A stretch of DNA of 64,000 nt from Octopus sinensis. Taxonomy: Eukaryota. The stretch's first letter is position 1, and each line of letters begins with the position of its first letter. A program made the position numbers and the translations under genes. The notes under the pieces are model-generated. The model was not told the origin of the DNA, did not search any database, and worked only from the letters and a program-made list of their open reading frames with translations. This document shows, piece after piece, positions 52,200 through 64,000 of this stretch. The stretch spans positions 10,276 to 74,275 of the forward strand of contig NW_021833457.1 of the NCBI RefSeq assembly GCF_006345805.1, written 5' to 3'.

Positions 52200-53440
52200 T
52201 TACATAAAGTCTTAGTAAGTAGAAAGGAGATAATTCAAAAACCCCTTCAGGTAGATGGCTTTGCCCAATCTGTAGAAAAAGTGTAATTAGAAACTCCAAA
52301 ACATGTACCCAGTGTAAACTATGGATGCATAAGAGGTGCAGCTATATAAAAGGAAGGTTAACTGGGAAGATAATTTTTGTGTGTGGCAGATGCACAAGGG
52401 CAATAAACACTGAAGATGTACAGAAAACAGATTCTATCAGATGCCAGGGTAAAAAACTAGAAGTAGTTGATAGCTTCTGTTACCTAGGTGACCAAGTCAG
52501 TAGTAGTGGGTGGATGCTCTGAAAGCATAGCTACTAGAATAAGAATAGGCTGGGCAAAGTTCAGAGAGCTCCTACCTCTGCTACTAACAAAGGGCCTCTC
52601 ACTCAGAGTGAAAGGTAGACTGTATGATCCCTGTGTGTGAATAGCCATGCTACATGGCAGGGAAAGATAGGCTGTGACTGCTGAGGACATGTGCAGGCTT
52701 GAGCGAAATGAAGCTAGTATGCTCTGCAGGATGTGTAATGTCAGTGTACATACAAAACAGAATGTATTAACCCTGAGAGAAAAGTTGGACATAAGAAGCA
52801 TCAGATGTGGTGTGCAATGACTGTGCTGGAATGGTCATGTGTCGCATATCGATGAGGACAGCTGTGTGAAGTGTCACACCCTAACAGTGGAGGGAACTTG
52901 TGGAAGAGGTAGATCCAGGAACACATGAGATTAGGTGGTGAAGCATGACCTTCGAACATTGGGCCTCACAGAGGCAATGACAAGCGACCAAGACCTTTGG
53001 AGATATGTTGTGCTTCAGAAGACCTGGCAAGCCAAGTGAGACTAGCCGTAGCCAATGCCAGTATCGCATAATTGGCCTGTTTAAAAGTACCCTTCTATCG
53101 TCGGGCAATCTACTGTGCTTGAGCAGACCTGTTGAGCCAAGTGAAGTCGTAATTGTGTCCAATGTCAGTGCTGCCTGACTGGCTTCCAAGCCGATGGCAT
53201 GTAAAAAGCACCATTCGAGCATAGCTGATGCCAGTGTTGCCTGACTGGCTCTCATGTCAGTGGTACATAAAAAGTACTAACTACACTCTCTGAGTGGTTG
53301 GCATTAGGAAGGGCATCCAGCTGTAGAAACCTTGCCAGATCGCATTGGAGCCTGGTGCAGCCTCCTGGCTTGCCAGTGCTCAGTCAAAACATTTGACTGC
53401 CATGCCAGCATGGAAAGCAGATATTAAACGATGATGATAA
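52200..53440 (+). mobile_element. 5'-truncated RTE LINE
   Basis: PHD-finger region, SFCYLGDQVS, 3' UTR repeats and tail. Confidence 0.85.
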
Positions 53441-53454
53441 TATGGGAGAAAGAG

Positions 53455-55614
53455 AGTTTGCCGAATGTCGACCCAACAGAGGGACCAGCTATCCGAGTTG
53501 GTAGATAAAGCAATTAAGAGTATGAAGACAGGGAAAGTTCCCGGCCCATCAGGAATCACTGCAGAGATGCTCAAAATATCTGGCAGTGTCGGCTATAGCC
53601 TAATCACACATATAGTTAACCAGCTGATACAAAAAGGAATCATACCCAATGACTGGTGTAGCAGCTCTATAGTCAACTGCTACAAAGGTAAAGGTGACAT
53701 TTAGAGACAAATAATTACAGAGGTATCAAGTTGTTGGATCAGGTAATGAAGGTCACGGAGAGGGTCATAGCCCAACTAATTAGAGAAAGTGTCAGTTTAG
53801 ATGAGATGCAGTTTGGGTTTGTGCCAGTAAAAGTAGCACTGATGCTATATTTCTGGTAAGACAGTTGCAGGAGAAATACCTAGCCAAAGATAAACCTCTG
53901 TACCTGGCTTTCGTTGACATGGCGAAAGCCTTTGACAGGGTCCCCCGATCCCTTATCTGGTGATGAATGGTTAGTGAGAGCTGTGCAAGCCATGTACAGG
54001 GACACTGTCAGTAAGGTGAGGTTGGCAACACGTACAGTGAAGAATTCTGGGTTGAGGTAGGGGTCCACCAAGGGTCAGTCCTCAGCCCCCTCCTATTTAT
54101 CATAGTCCTCCAGAGGAATTCAAGACAGGATGGCCCTGGGAGCTCCTCTATGCTGACGACCTTGCTCTAATTGCTGAGTCACTATCAGAACTAGAGGAGA
54201 AGTTTCAAGTGTGGAAACAAGGATTAGAATCAAAGGGCCTTAGAGTCAACCTAGCAAAAACCAAAGTCCTAATAAGTAGGAAGGTAGTTAAACCACAAAT
54301 CCCTTCAGGTAGATGGCCCTGCTCGATCTGTAGAAAAGGTGTAGGTAGAAACTCTATAAGATGTACCCAGTGTAAGCTATGGACACATAAGAGGTGCAGC
54401 AATATCAAAGGAAAGCTAACTGGGAAGAAAGTTTTTGTATGTGACAGATACTCAGGAGCAATAAACTCTGAAAATGTGCAGAGAACATCTCCCACATTTC
54501 AGGGAGAAAAACTTGCAGTAGTTGATAGCTTCTGTTACCTAGGGACCAAGTCAGTAGCAGGGAGGGTGCACTGAAAGTGTAGTTGCTAGAATAAGAATAG
54601 CATGGGCAAAGTTCAGAGAGCTCTTACCTCTGCTGGTGACAAAGGACCTCTCGCTCAGAGTAAAAGGTAGACTGTATGATGCATGTGTACGAACAGCCAT
54701 GCTAAATGGCAGTGAAACATGGGCTGTGACTGCTGAGGACATGCATAAGCTTGCAAGGAATGAAGCCAGTATGCTCCGATGGATGTGTAATGTCAGTGTG
54801 CATACTTGACAGAGTGTAAGTACCTTGAGAGAAAAGTTGGACTTAAGAAGCATCAGATGTGGTGTGCAAGAGTGACATCTGTGCTGGTAATGGCCACATG
54901 GCGAGAATGGATGTGGATAGCTGTGTGAAAAAGTGCCACACCCTAGCGGTTGAGGGAACCTGTGCAACAGGTTGACCCAGGAAAACCTGGGATGAGGTAG
55001 TGAAGCATGGCCTTTGAACATTGGGCCTCACCAAGGCAATGACTAATGACCGGGACCTTTGGAAATATGTTGTGCTTGAGAAGACTTGGCAAGCCAAGTG
55101 AGACCATAACCTCGTAGCCTATGCCAGGGGTGTAACCAGCCCACTAACTTTCCTTCATTGGACACTAAACTCTGCTTGTGAAGACATATTGAGGCAAGTG
55201 AAATTGAAATCAAATTTGATGACTGGCATCCATGCTTGTGGAGCGCTAAGAGCACCATCTGAGCATGATTGTCGCCAGAGCAACAAACTGGCTTCCTTGC
55301 CAGTGGCACATAAAAAGCACCATCCGAGAGTGATCATTATCTGCATCGCCTAACTGGCACTTGTGCTGGTGGCATGTGAAAAAACATTTGAGCAAGGTCA
55401 TAGCCAGTGCCGCTGGACTGGCTCCTGTGCAGGTGGCACATAAAAAGCACCCACTACACTCTTGGAACAGTTGGCATTATGAAGGGCATCCAGCTGTAGA
55501 AACTTTGCTAGATATGATTGGAGCCTGGTGCAGCCATCTGGTTGGCCAGACCTCAGTCAAATCATCCAACCCATGCTAGCATGGAAAGCGGACATTAAAC
55601 AATGATGATGATAA

Positions 55615-55616
<2 letters not shown>
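53455..55616 (+). mobile_element. 5'-truncated RTE LINE (RT + PHD finger + 3' UTR)
   Basis: KVPGPSGITAE, LYADD, WPCSICRKGVGRNSIRCTQCKLWTHKRC, and tail ending GATGATGAT. Confidence 0.9.
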
Positions 55617-55654
<38 letters not shown>

Positions 55655-55660
<6 letters not shown>

Positions 55661-56230
55661 CAGGGAACTGTATCAGATTGCCAGAAGGGATGCTAGGAGA
55701 CAAGTATATCTAGCCAAGGGAGAAGCAGGAAAGAATAAGTTTACCTATGTTCAGTGATGTGAGGACCAAAGAACTGAAGTGTTTCAGATTGCAAAACAGT
55801 GTGTGAGAGAAAATTGTGATGTTATATGAGAGAAATGTGTCTGTATGAATGCTGGTGCACTTACATGTAATGATTCTGCCAAGAAAGAGGCTTGGAAATG
55901 TCATCATGAAACAACTGTTGAACATAGAGAATGAGTGAGAGGAGTAGAGTCTGCCAAACGTTGACCCAATTGAGGAACTGGCTACCCAAATTGACAGTTC
56001 CATCGCAGATAAAGCAATTAAGGATATGAAGACAGGAAGAGCCCCTGGCCCATCAGGAATTACTGCTGAGATGCTTAAAATATCTAGCAGAGAGGGTTAT
56101 GGTTTAGTCACCCATACTATAAATCAGGTGGTTCATGAAGAAGTCATGCCCAATGGCTGGTGTAGCAGTACCATAGTCAACTGTTACAAAGGTAAAGGTG
56201 ATGCCTTAGATAAAAATAATTACATCAGGT
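55655..56230 (+). mobile_element. RTE LINE internal fragment
   Basis: MKTGRAPGPSGITAEMLK...NCYKGKGDALDKNNY, then an abrupt end. Confidence 0.8.
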
Positions 56231-56532
56231 GTATTTCCATACTGATTAAGGCTATACTAGCATCTGTCTTACTGTATTACCATGCAAACAAATCCTCAAT
56301 AACTCCTATATTTCAGGCATGTTACCTAACTGACCAGGTTACAATAACACTTCTATCTAAGGTCTTACCTTATTGACCAGTCTGTATTATATAGCATCAT
56401 GTGTAGCTCACCAGTATGTTATGAAATGTCAATGTTTTATATGATGACATTGAAGTTCTTAATTTAGATTTTTCCATATATATATCATATATCAATATGT
56501 GTGTACACATACATACATACACACACACACAT

Positions 56533-56620
<88 letters not shown>

Positions 56621-56790
56621 AATTGAGATAGGGGTTGCAAGTGCAACCCTCCATGGGATAACATATATCCAATATACTGCAAGTAAAGCACCCAACAAAG
56701 TTAATATATAAATGTTAAGAATTGCGATGCAGTTAATTCATTTACTGTATTATATGGGCAAAGGTAAAATGTTTTACCACAAATTAATAA

Positions 56791-57400
56791 TACAAAATAA
56801 GAAAATGGAGAAGCACATCTTAATCAATGATCAACTACCAGATAATACCCAATCACATAATTTATTAAACCACTACTTATGAATATTAAGGTCAAACATA
56901 ATAATATAGAACAAAACAATGTACATGAAAGAGTAATATGATACAATAAGTACAGTATGTATAAGTGAATATAAATAAATACAAATATAAATATAAACTA
57001 CATCTTACAGCTGTTTCGGCCATGCAGATATGGGTGTCTCATTATGCTCATATTAGCCATGTGTGATAGGTCAATATGTAGTTATAAATGAGACACTTAC
57101 AAAAATATCCCAAGGCCTCTTCAGAGATAGTGAAATACAAACTAAATTAAATATGAATATCAGAGGAGGTACACCCATAAAAGAGTGAGTATATACCCAT
57201 AATATATAATATACACATACATATGAATGCATATACTCATACTCCTATACATATATATACACATATACATAATAATATAAATCAATATACATACATATGA
57301 TCTATATTCAATGTTACAGTTGGTCAACACAATATTAGGATATTACAATATAGAAAACATACACATATCCATATTCAAATGCAGATATACAAAGTCAAGA
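56791..57400 (-). mobile_element. Penelope-type pseudo-LTR / non-autonomous hammerhead-bearing repeat
   Basis: Carries the hammerhead at 57002-57128 and is homologous to 2517-2776 (shared TACAAAATAAGAAAATGGAG end and ACAGCTGTTTC motif). No PLE ORF is adjacent. Confidence 0.55.
57002..57128 (-). ncRNA. Type-I hammerhead ribozyme with long stem-loop II
   Basis: Minus strand: AUCU-CUGAAGA-GGCC(~90 nt including a 10-bp GUGUCUCAUU/AAUGAGACAC helix)GGCC-GAAA-CAGCUG-UA-AGAU. All core nucleotides are canonical. Confidence 0.8.
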
Positions 57401-57718
57401 GTTCATTATATTAAGTTACAAAATGCCATTAATATTACCATCATTACTATTATCATTGCCACTATTGCTACTAATATCATTATTATTATTATTAATAACA
57501 TTAATACCAGCAAAGCAATATATGCATCACGTGGTTAGCAACATAATAGCAAAAACAACAACAACAATAATACTACAGTACAATGCAAAGCATTAAAGAT
57601 CGGCATATACATATAAAATGAAAAATGAAAAACATTGGTTTACATGATATTAAGTTCCACAAGTGTACAAGCGTATATGCGAGTGCAGGCCAAGTTGTGT
57701 TTCTCCATTTTCTTATTT

Positions 57719-57761
<43 letters not shown>

Positions 57762-57834
57762 TCTTTTCATAGTTAAAATACTTCTTTTGAAACACATAGA
57801 CTGCATAGAAGTGCTCAAGTCAAACCTGAGATGT

Positions 57835-58500
57835 TAGACAAGTATAATAAATGAAATGGAAAAACTTCACTCTGTTGTACATGCACACTGACATTGCACA
57901 TCTAGCGAAGCATATTAGCTTCATTTCTTTCAAACCTCCACATGTCCTCTGCTGTCACAGCCCATGTTTCACTGCCATGTAGCATCAAATAATCTGCAAA
58001 AGTCATCATTGTTTGATGCCTTTCACTCTGAGAGAGAGGCCCTTTGTTACCAACAAAGGTAGAAGCTCTCTGAACTTTGCCCAGAGTATTCTTATTCTAT
58101 CAGCAATACTCTTGGAGCAACCACCTCCACTGCTGACTTGATCACCTAGATAACGGAAGCTATCAACTACTTTTGGGTATACCCACCTAGCATTTGATGG
58201 AGTCTATTTTCTGAGCATTTCTAGTGTTTATTGTACTTGTTCATCTGTCACACACAAAGATTGTTTTCTCTGTTAACCTTCCTCTGATATTGCTGCACCT
58301 CTTATGTGTCCATAGCTTGAACCATATACACTTTATGGAGTTTCTACCTAAGCCATTTCTACATATCAAGCAGGGCCATCTCCCTGAAAGAATTTGCAAT
58401 TTGTCTGCTTTCTTGTTTACTAAGAATTTGGTTTTTACTAAATTAACTCTAAGGTGCTTTGATCCCAGACCTTGTTTTCACACCTGAAATTTTTGCTCCA
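57835..58500 (-). mobile_element. RTE LINE RT/PHD fragment, antisense
   Basis: Reverse complement of the region present in 52200-52760 and 54190-54800. Confidence 0.85.
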
Positions 58501-58664
58501 ATCTGTCTATTTAAAATCACCTGAAGACAGCAGATTTTTGTCATGATGTAACTTAATAAGTGCTCCTGAAACAGCAGTTGTGAATTTTAAGCTCCACTTG
58601 TATCCTTCTTTTGTTTGTGTATGTGATGGGGGGGTGTCTAATAAAGGAAGGGGAAAACAAAACC

Positions 58665-59182
58665 AAGGCTGGACAAGCTGATCAGATCATTTAAAATATT
58701 TTAATTACTATAAAGGTGAATCGAAGTAAGGGAAGAAAAATAAAAGTAACTTATGTCTTACAGCTGTTTCCGGGATATCCCAGGTAATGGGTCAGTGTGT
58801 TGACCAACAACTCCATACACTGGATATTCCAGAAAATTCAGTGTAGATAGAGGTATAAAGTTCATAGTTCATCTTGTTCCAGAGGGTATGAGTGTTTGTC
58901 CATCTTTCCATGAAGGTGTAACCCTTAAATCTAGCACTTTAATGCTTGATTTAGTCTATCAACCTGAATGCTTCACTCAACCAACTGTCTGGACTTACCT
59001 GAGATTAAACATAGGGAGGTATGTGGAGTACCCAGTGTATGGGGAAGTTGATCAACACATTGATCCATTACCTGGGATATCCCAGAAACAACTAAGTCAT
59101 TATTTACATTTATTTTCCTTATTTCAATTCACCTTTACATTAATCAAAATATTTTAATTACCTGATAAGCTTGTCCAACCTT
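58665..59182. repeat. Fold-back: ~165-bp inverted arms (58665-58831 / 59024-59182) with a 192-bp spacer
   Basis: The arms align as reverse complements with scattered mismatches. The left arm contains TTACAGCTGTTTC, the 3' half of a hammerhead on the minus strand. Confidence 0.8.
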
Positions 59183-59607
59183 CCTGTAATTTATACCTGC
59201 TGATTTGGAAGTCTGCAACAGATCCCCAGCTCCAGCCTTTCTTTTGAACTTGGATCCTAATGGATTACCAATTACAGCACTGATGATCTAAACTTATTGG
59301 TTTAGATCATGAGTGACCTAAACTCTTCCTTTTCTATATAAGATAATATGTAAATAATGGTCATTATATATTTAATAACTAAACATATATATTGAGAGAG
59401 AGACCGTAGGTCAATGGGTTTAGGATCTGAAGAAACATTGTAAAGCTAAGCGTTTTAGCACTTTATGGATATGGAACCCTCGGTAACCCCATAAACTAGC
59501 CATATCTATATTTATCCATCGATCTATCTATTTATCTATATAATAATAATAATAATCATCATCATCATCATTGCTTAATATCTGTTTTCCATGCTGACAC
59601 GGGTTGG

Positions 59608-59655
<48 letters not shown>

Positions 59656-60304
59656 GATGGATGGATGGATACACACACACATACATACACATATGTATGT
59701 AAATATTCCTTTGTCTTCAACTTTGAAAGGAATCAATGCAAAGTTAAAACAATGTAATAATTCAAATCACATCATACATGAATGTGCCTTAATATTTACA
59801 ATACATTTTGCCTTGTACCCATCCCATTTGCCACCATTATATTTTATCTTATGTTGAACCCATGTTAGTATGGAAAGTGGACATTAAATGATGATGATGA
59901 CGATGATGATGAATAGTATTGGATGGCCACCCTAAATTTTGTGTAAAAGAACAGTTGATTAAATCTTGTCTGGTACTTTATCTTATCAACTAAGTTAGAA
60001 TGAGGGATCAAACTGATTCCCACCACAGAATTTTGAATTCAGGATGTAAATGGATATAACTATATACTGCAAAGCATTTTGTCTGAATCCCGTCATTGTA
60101 TTTTCATTCATGAAGAAAATGCAACATGGTTGTCATCCCATGCTGTATTCATGCTCTTCTAAGAAGGAGAATGATGTGGCATTCTGTTGAAATTATATAA
60201 TCACTGGGATTAAGAAGGTCATTTAAACTACTTACATCCTTATCATCATCATTATCGATCAACTGATTTATTGCTTCAATTTATATTATTTTTTACCTTA
60301 CTAG

Positions 60305-60412
60305 CTGATTCAATTTCATGTGATTTCGCAACAAAATACTACTGTGGTTATAAAATTGCATATGGATGGGTACCGGTATTGGATAATGGTACTAGTTTCT
60401 TTAATGTTCCTG
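60305..60412 (+). CDS. Exon H; N-terminal part of MAM domain 4
   Basis: ccttactAG acceptor, G|GTAAGT donor, 108 nt, phase 1-1. Reads PDSISCDFATKYYCGYKIAYGW (SCDF...CG...W). Confidence 0.85.
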
Positions 60413-61258
60413 GTAAGTATAGTAGTCACTTAACTTTCAGCCTAAACATTGTCTTTTACATTCTCCTTTCTATCTGTCAGTCTTTCTCTCTCTCTCTCTT
60501 TCTCTCTCTCTCTCACTCCCCTCATTTCATGATCTTTTTCCTCACTCTCTGTTTCACTCAAGTACTCCTTGCATCATCTAGCATCCTAGATAATGCTTAA
60601 TGCCTGCAATATTTTTTGCTATCCCCATCTGGATTTTATGCATACATGGCCAACTGTATCAGAAGTTTGCTTCTCAATTATAATACTCCAAATTCACTCC
60701 CACTCTGGAGCACACTGTGTCTTAGCTTTTGGTTACAGATGGTATATGAGAGCATGATGAAACATATTAAATTTGTTTTTTTCCAAAATATATACTTGTT
60801 TAGAAGGAGTACATCTTACATGCTGGCAAATATGATATATAGATGTATTGCAGAAGAATATAATCTGTTAATGGCTGTTTTTGCATAATTAATTCGTTGG
60901 ACTGCATGGCTCAGCTTATCATAAAGGAAAGTTTACTTGTAACTGACAGCATCCTATCTAGAGAAACATTTGTCTCTTATCTGCATATTGTCAGAGAAAG
61001 CTAAAATAAGGAACAGTCCATTTGATGAAAAAGCTTTATGGAAGAAAAACATGTGTTTCTTATATCTTCAACTTTCTGTTTGGAATTTCAAATTTTTTAT
61101 TTGTTGGAAGAAACAGTAAATTTATTTGCTAATGTTTCAACAAATAAGGACTTATTTTTGAAGAAAAGTTAAAAACTCTGGCTTTTCACCCATTCAATTG
61201 TTTGCTTTGCAATTCAGTAATTCTGCTAATATTTCTGATAATATTCTTTGATTTACAG

Positions 61259-61582
61259 GTAGTATGCAGATTATAGGAACAAAGGGGAAAATGCTGTCAC
61301 CCATGGAAACATTGGCAGATTCATGTGTGAATATCAAGTTTACTACAGCTTTTGCACTAACTGGGAATTTCTCAGTTATTTTACACCAGAAGAACCCTAA
61401 TGGAAATAATTCACATCATCTTGCTTGGAATGAATATTTCTTTAGTCAAAGAGATGAAACATATGAAGGACAATTCCAGCTTCCAGCAGGGACAAGTTTT
61501 CTTACATTCATTGCGGATATCAAGACCGGGGGAATGGCAATTAATAGTGTCAACATTTATAATGGAACCTGTCCTGAATTAA
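61259..61582 (+). CDS. Exon I; C-terminal part of MAM domain 4
   Basis: atttacAG acceptor, probable A|GTTAGT donor (alternatively reads through to TAG at 61587), 324 nt. Reads GSMQIIGTKGKMLSP...SCVNIKF...GMAINSVNIYNGTCPEL, parallel to exon F. Confidence 0.8.
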
Positions 61583-62573
61583 GTTAGTAATTCATTTCTA
61601 TTTACTCTTGACTTTTCATAGTTTTGATTTTTATTTTCATAATTTTGATCATTGATCACATTCAGAACAGCTTTCATCATAGATCTGCTCAATCAGAACT
61701 GAAGTTAAGCAAAAACAACAAATTTGAAAATCTATGCTTTTAATTCCTAGGAAGTTACTCAAGTACCATATGTTTCTACTAAATGTTTAGGTACCAAAAT
61801 ACACTGAGAGGTGGGAAACCTACCAGACAGTATGTAGTGAGCAGTTTCAAAATATGCAATGTTTGTTTCTATTTGTTGTAGGGTGACCATATTGTTATGA
61901 AGGAGAGAATAAGTTCTGTTTGTATTATCTATGATATTCTCTGGTAAATTGGTAAAGGTGTTTAGTTTTCTGAGTAATAATTATGTAATATTGTTTAGTT
62001 TCCTGTGTAATCATTCTATAATATTGTATCATGTTAGAGTATCAGAGAAAATTCCAGAATTGTGTCACATGATAAATGACATGTCTCATAGGTCAGGTGT
62101 TGTATGGGGAGTATGACTTTCCTAGCAACTAGGAAATTAATTGGTTCAGAATAAAGTTCTGAAAGATACAACATAACATGACTCTTTAGAAGATTCTAGA
62201 TGAATGTACAAGTATATAAGGACAGCTAGTCTCTGTGTGTAGGGGAGTGGTAAACAGAAGTCAGCGTAAAACTAATTAGCAAGGAACTACATTCCACAAG
62301 ATGCGTGTTTTGAAGACACCCAGCAGTGCATGACTTCTTCTTTGGGTAAGTTGGCTTGCTGGGCTGATTTGCCCTTTCCCTACAGCTAACTTTTGCTGTT
62401 GGAGCCATGTTAGTACAGAAGGGAGGCCACATTTTGCAACATTATCTAGTTTTATATGTTTTATCAGAACAGATACCATACCCATATATCAAAATTCGAA
62501 TACGTTGACATAGCTGGATGTAATGTAATGCAAATATTAGGACATTTAATTTGTGTCAAGCTTAATGAATATA

Positions 62574-62985
62574 GGTGCAGGTGTGGCTGTATAGTAAGAA
62601 GTTTGCTTCCCAACTACATGGCTCTGGGTTCAGTCCCACTGCATGGCACCTGAGTAAGTGTCTTCTACTATAGCCTTAGGCAGACAAAAGCCTTGTGAAT
62701 GGATTTGGTACACAGAAAATGAAAGAAGCCTGTTGTATATACATATATATATATATATTTGTGTGTGTGTGTGTGTGCATGCACACATGTGTGTTTGTCC
62801 CCCACTGCTACTTAGCAATAAGTATTGGTTTATGTCCCTGTAACTTAGCAGTTCTGTAAAAAGAAACTGATACAGTAAATACCAGGCTTAGAAAGAAAAT
62901 AAGCACTGGGGTCAATTAGTTCGATTAAAATTCCTCAAGTACCCCAGCATGGCCATGGTCCAATGACTGAAACAAGTAAAAGATA
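62574..62985 (+). mobile_element. Composite tRNA-derived SINE, copy 3
   Basis: Same head, body and tail as copies 1 and 2, more diverged. Confidence 0.8.
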
Positions 62986-63129
62986 AATATCATCACTTTT
63001 AATTACAGATACTTGAGTTCCTGTTTTGAGTTCCTTTATTATACCTGTTTTTGGATTCCATTTTCCATAATCTCTCTACCAAGCTAAATTTTGATATTAA
63101 AGTGGAAGCAAGGTTTAGAACTGATGGGC

Positions 63130-64000
63130 CTTAGAATCAATGTTGCAAAAACTAAAGCCCTAGTAAGTAAGAAGGTGAACACATCACAAACCCCTTGAAG
63201 TAGGTGGCCCTGCTTGATCTGTAGAAAAGATGTAGGTAGAAATTCCACAAGATGTACCCAGTGTAAGCTATAGACAAATTAAGAGGTGCAGCTACATCAA
63301 AAGCAGGTTAACTGGGAAGATAGCTTTTGTGTGCAGCAGATGCACAGGAGCAATAAACACCACAGATGCTCAGAAAACAGACTCCATCACATGCCAGGGG
63401 GAGAAACTAGAAGTAGTTGATAGCTTATGCTACCTTGGTGACCAAGTCTGTAGTGGGGGTGGATGCTCAGAGTGTTACCACTAGAATAGCCTGGGCAAAG
63501 TTCAGAAAGCTTCTACCCCTACTGGTGATAAAGAGCCTCTCGCTCAGAGTGAAAGGTAGATTGTACGATGCATGTATGTGAACTGCCATGCTTCAAGGCA
63601 GTGAAACTTGAGCAATGACTGCTGAAGACATGTGTAGGATTGAAAGAAATGAAGCTAGCATGATTTTCTAGATGTGTAATGTCAGTGTGCACACATTAAA
63701 GAGTGTAAGCGCCCTGAGAGAAAAGTTGGACATAAGAAGCATCAGATGTGGCATGCAACAGAGATGACTGCGCTGGTATGGTCATGTGCTGTGTATGGAT
63801 GAGGAGAGTTGTGTGAAGAAGTGTCACTCCCTAACACTGGAAGAACCTATGGTAGAGGGAGACCCAGGAAGACATGGGATGAGGTGGTGAAGCACGACCT
63901 TCAAACGTTGAGCTTCACAGAGGCAATGATGAAAGCCTGAGGCCTCTAGAGATATGCTGTGATTGAGAAGACCCAGCAAGTAAAGTGAGATCACAGTCGT
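63130..64000 (+). mobile_element. RTE LINE 3' part, runs off the window
   Basis: Same PHD/RT C-terminal sequence and RPRKTWDEVVKHDL motif. Confidence 0.85.

Noticed and set aside
59278-59315. CTGATGA followed by a hairpin, resembling a hammerhead
   Set aside because: No GAAA or stem III follows; it is a simple 16-bp imperfect palindrome.
61882-61945. Next exon after exon I
   Set aside because: In the required phase it gives Arg then an immediate stop, with no domain similarity.

Overview
AT-rich eukaryotic genomic DNA. The SINE, RTE-tail and (TA)n repeat landscape suggests a coleoid cephalopod, probably Octopus (inference, not verified). No prokaryotic operon, CRISPR array, rRNA or genuine tRNA gene is visible. 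The one host gene is on the + strand: nine exons read by hand (14710-61582, all AG/GT bounded, phases compatible, 1803 nt, about 601 codons, no internal stop). They encode divergent MAM-MAM-MAM-LDLa-MAM modules (MALRD1/MAMDC4-like architecture); both ends of the gene probably lie outside the exons found. The rest is mostly decayed transposable elements: Penelope-like elements (GIY-YIG remnants, inverted pseudo-LTRs), about 11 fragments of an RTE family with a PHD finger inside the RT and a hairpin-repeat 3' UTR, a BovB-like RTE, four R4/Dong fragments, a Gypsy LTR plus gag, two mariners, a DD37D maT, a Chapaev3 remnant, MITEs, Helentron-type elements and tRNA-derived SINEs. The most interesting hidden layer is a set of type-I hammerhead ribozyme motifs: six full cores (three distinct intact-looking motifs, one of them mirrored in an inverted repeat, plus two mutated) and two half motifs, falling into four palindromic stem-III classes. 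Most ORFs in the supplied track are microsatellite or TE artefacts. Element boundaries are manual and approximate unless TIR, TSD or splice sites are quoted.
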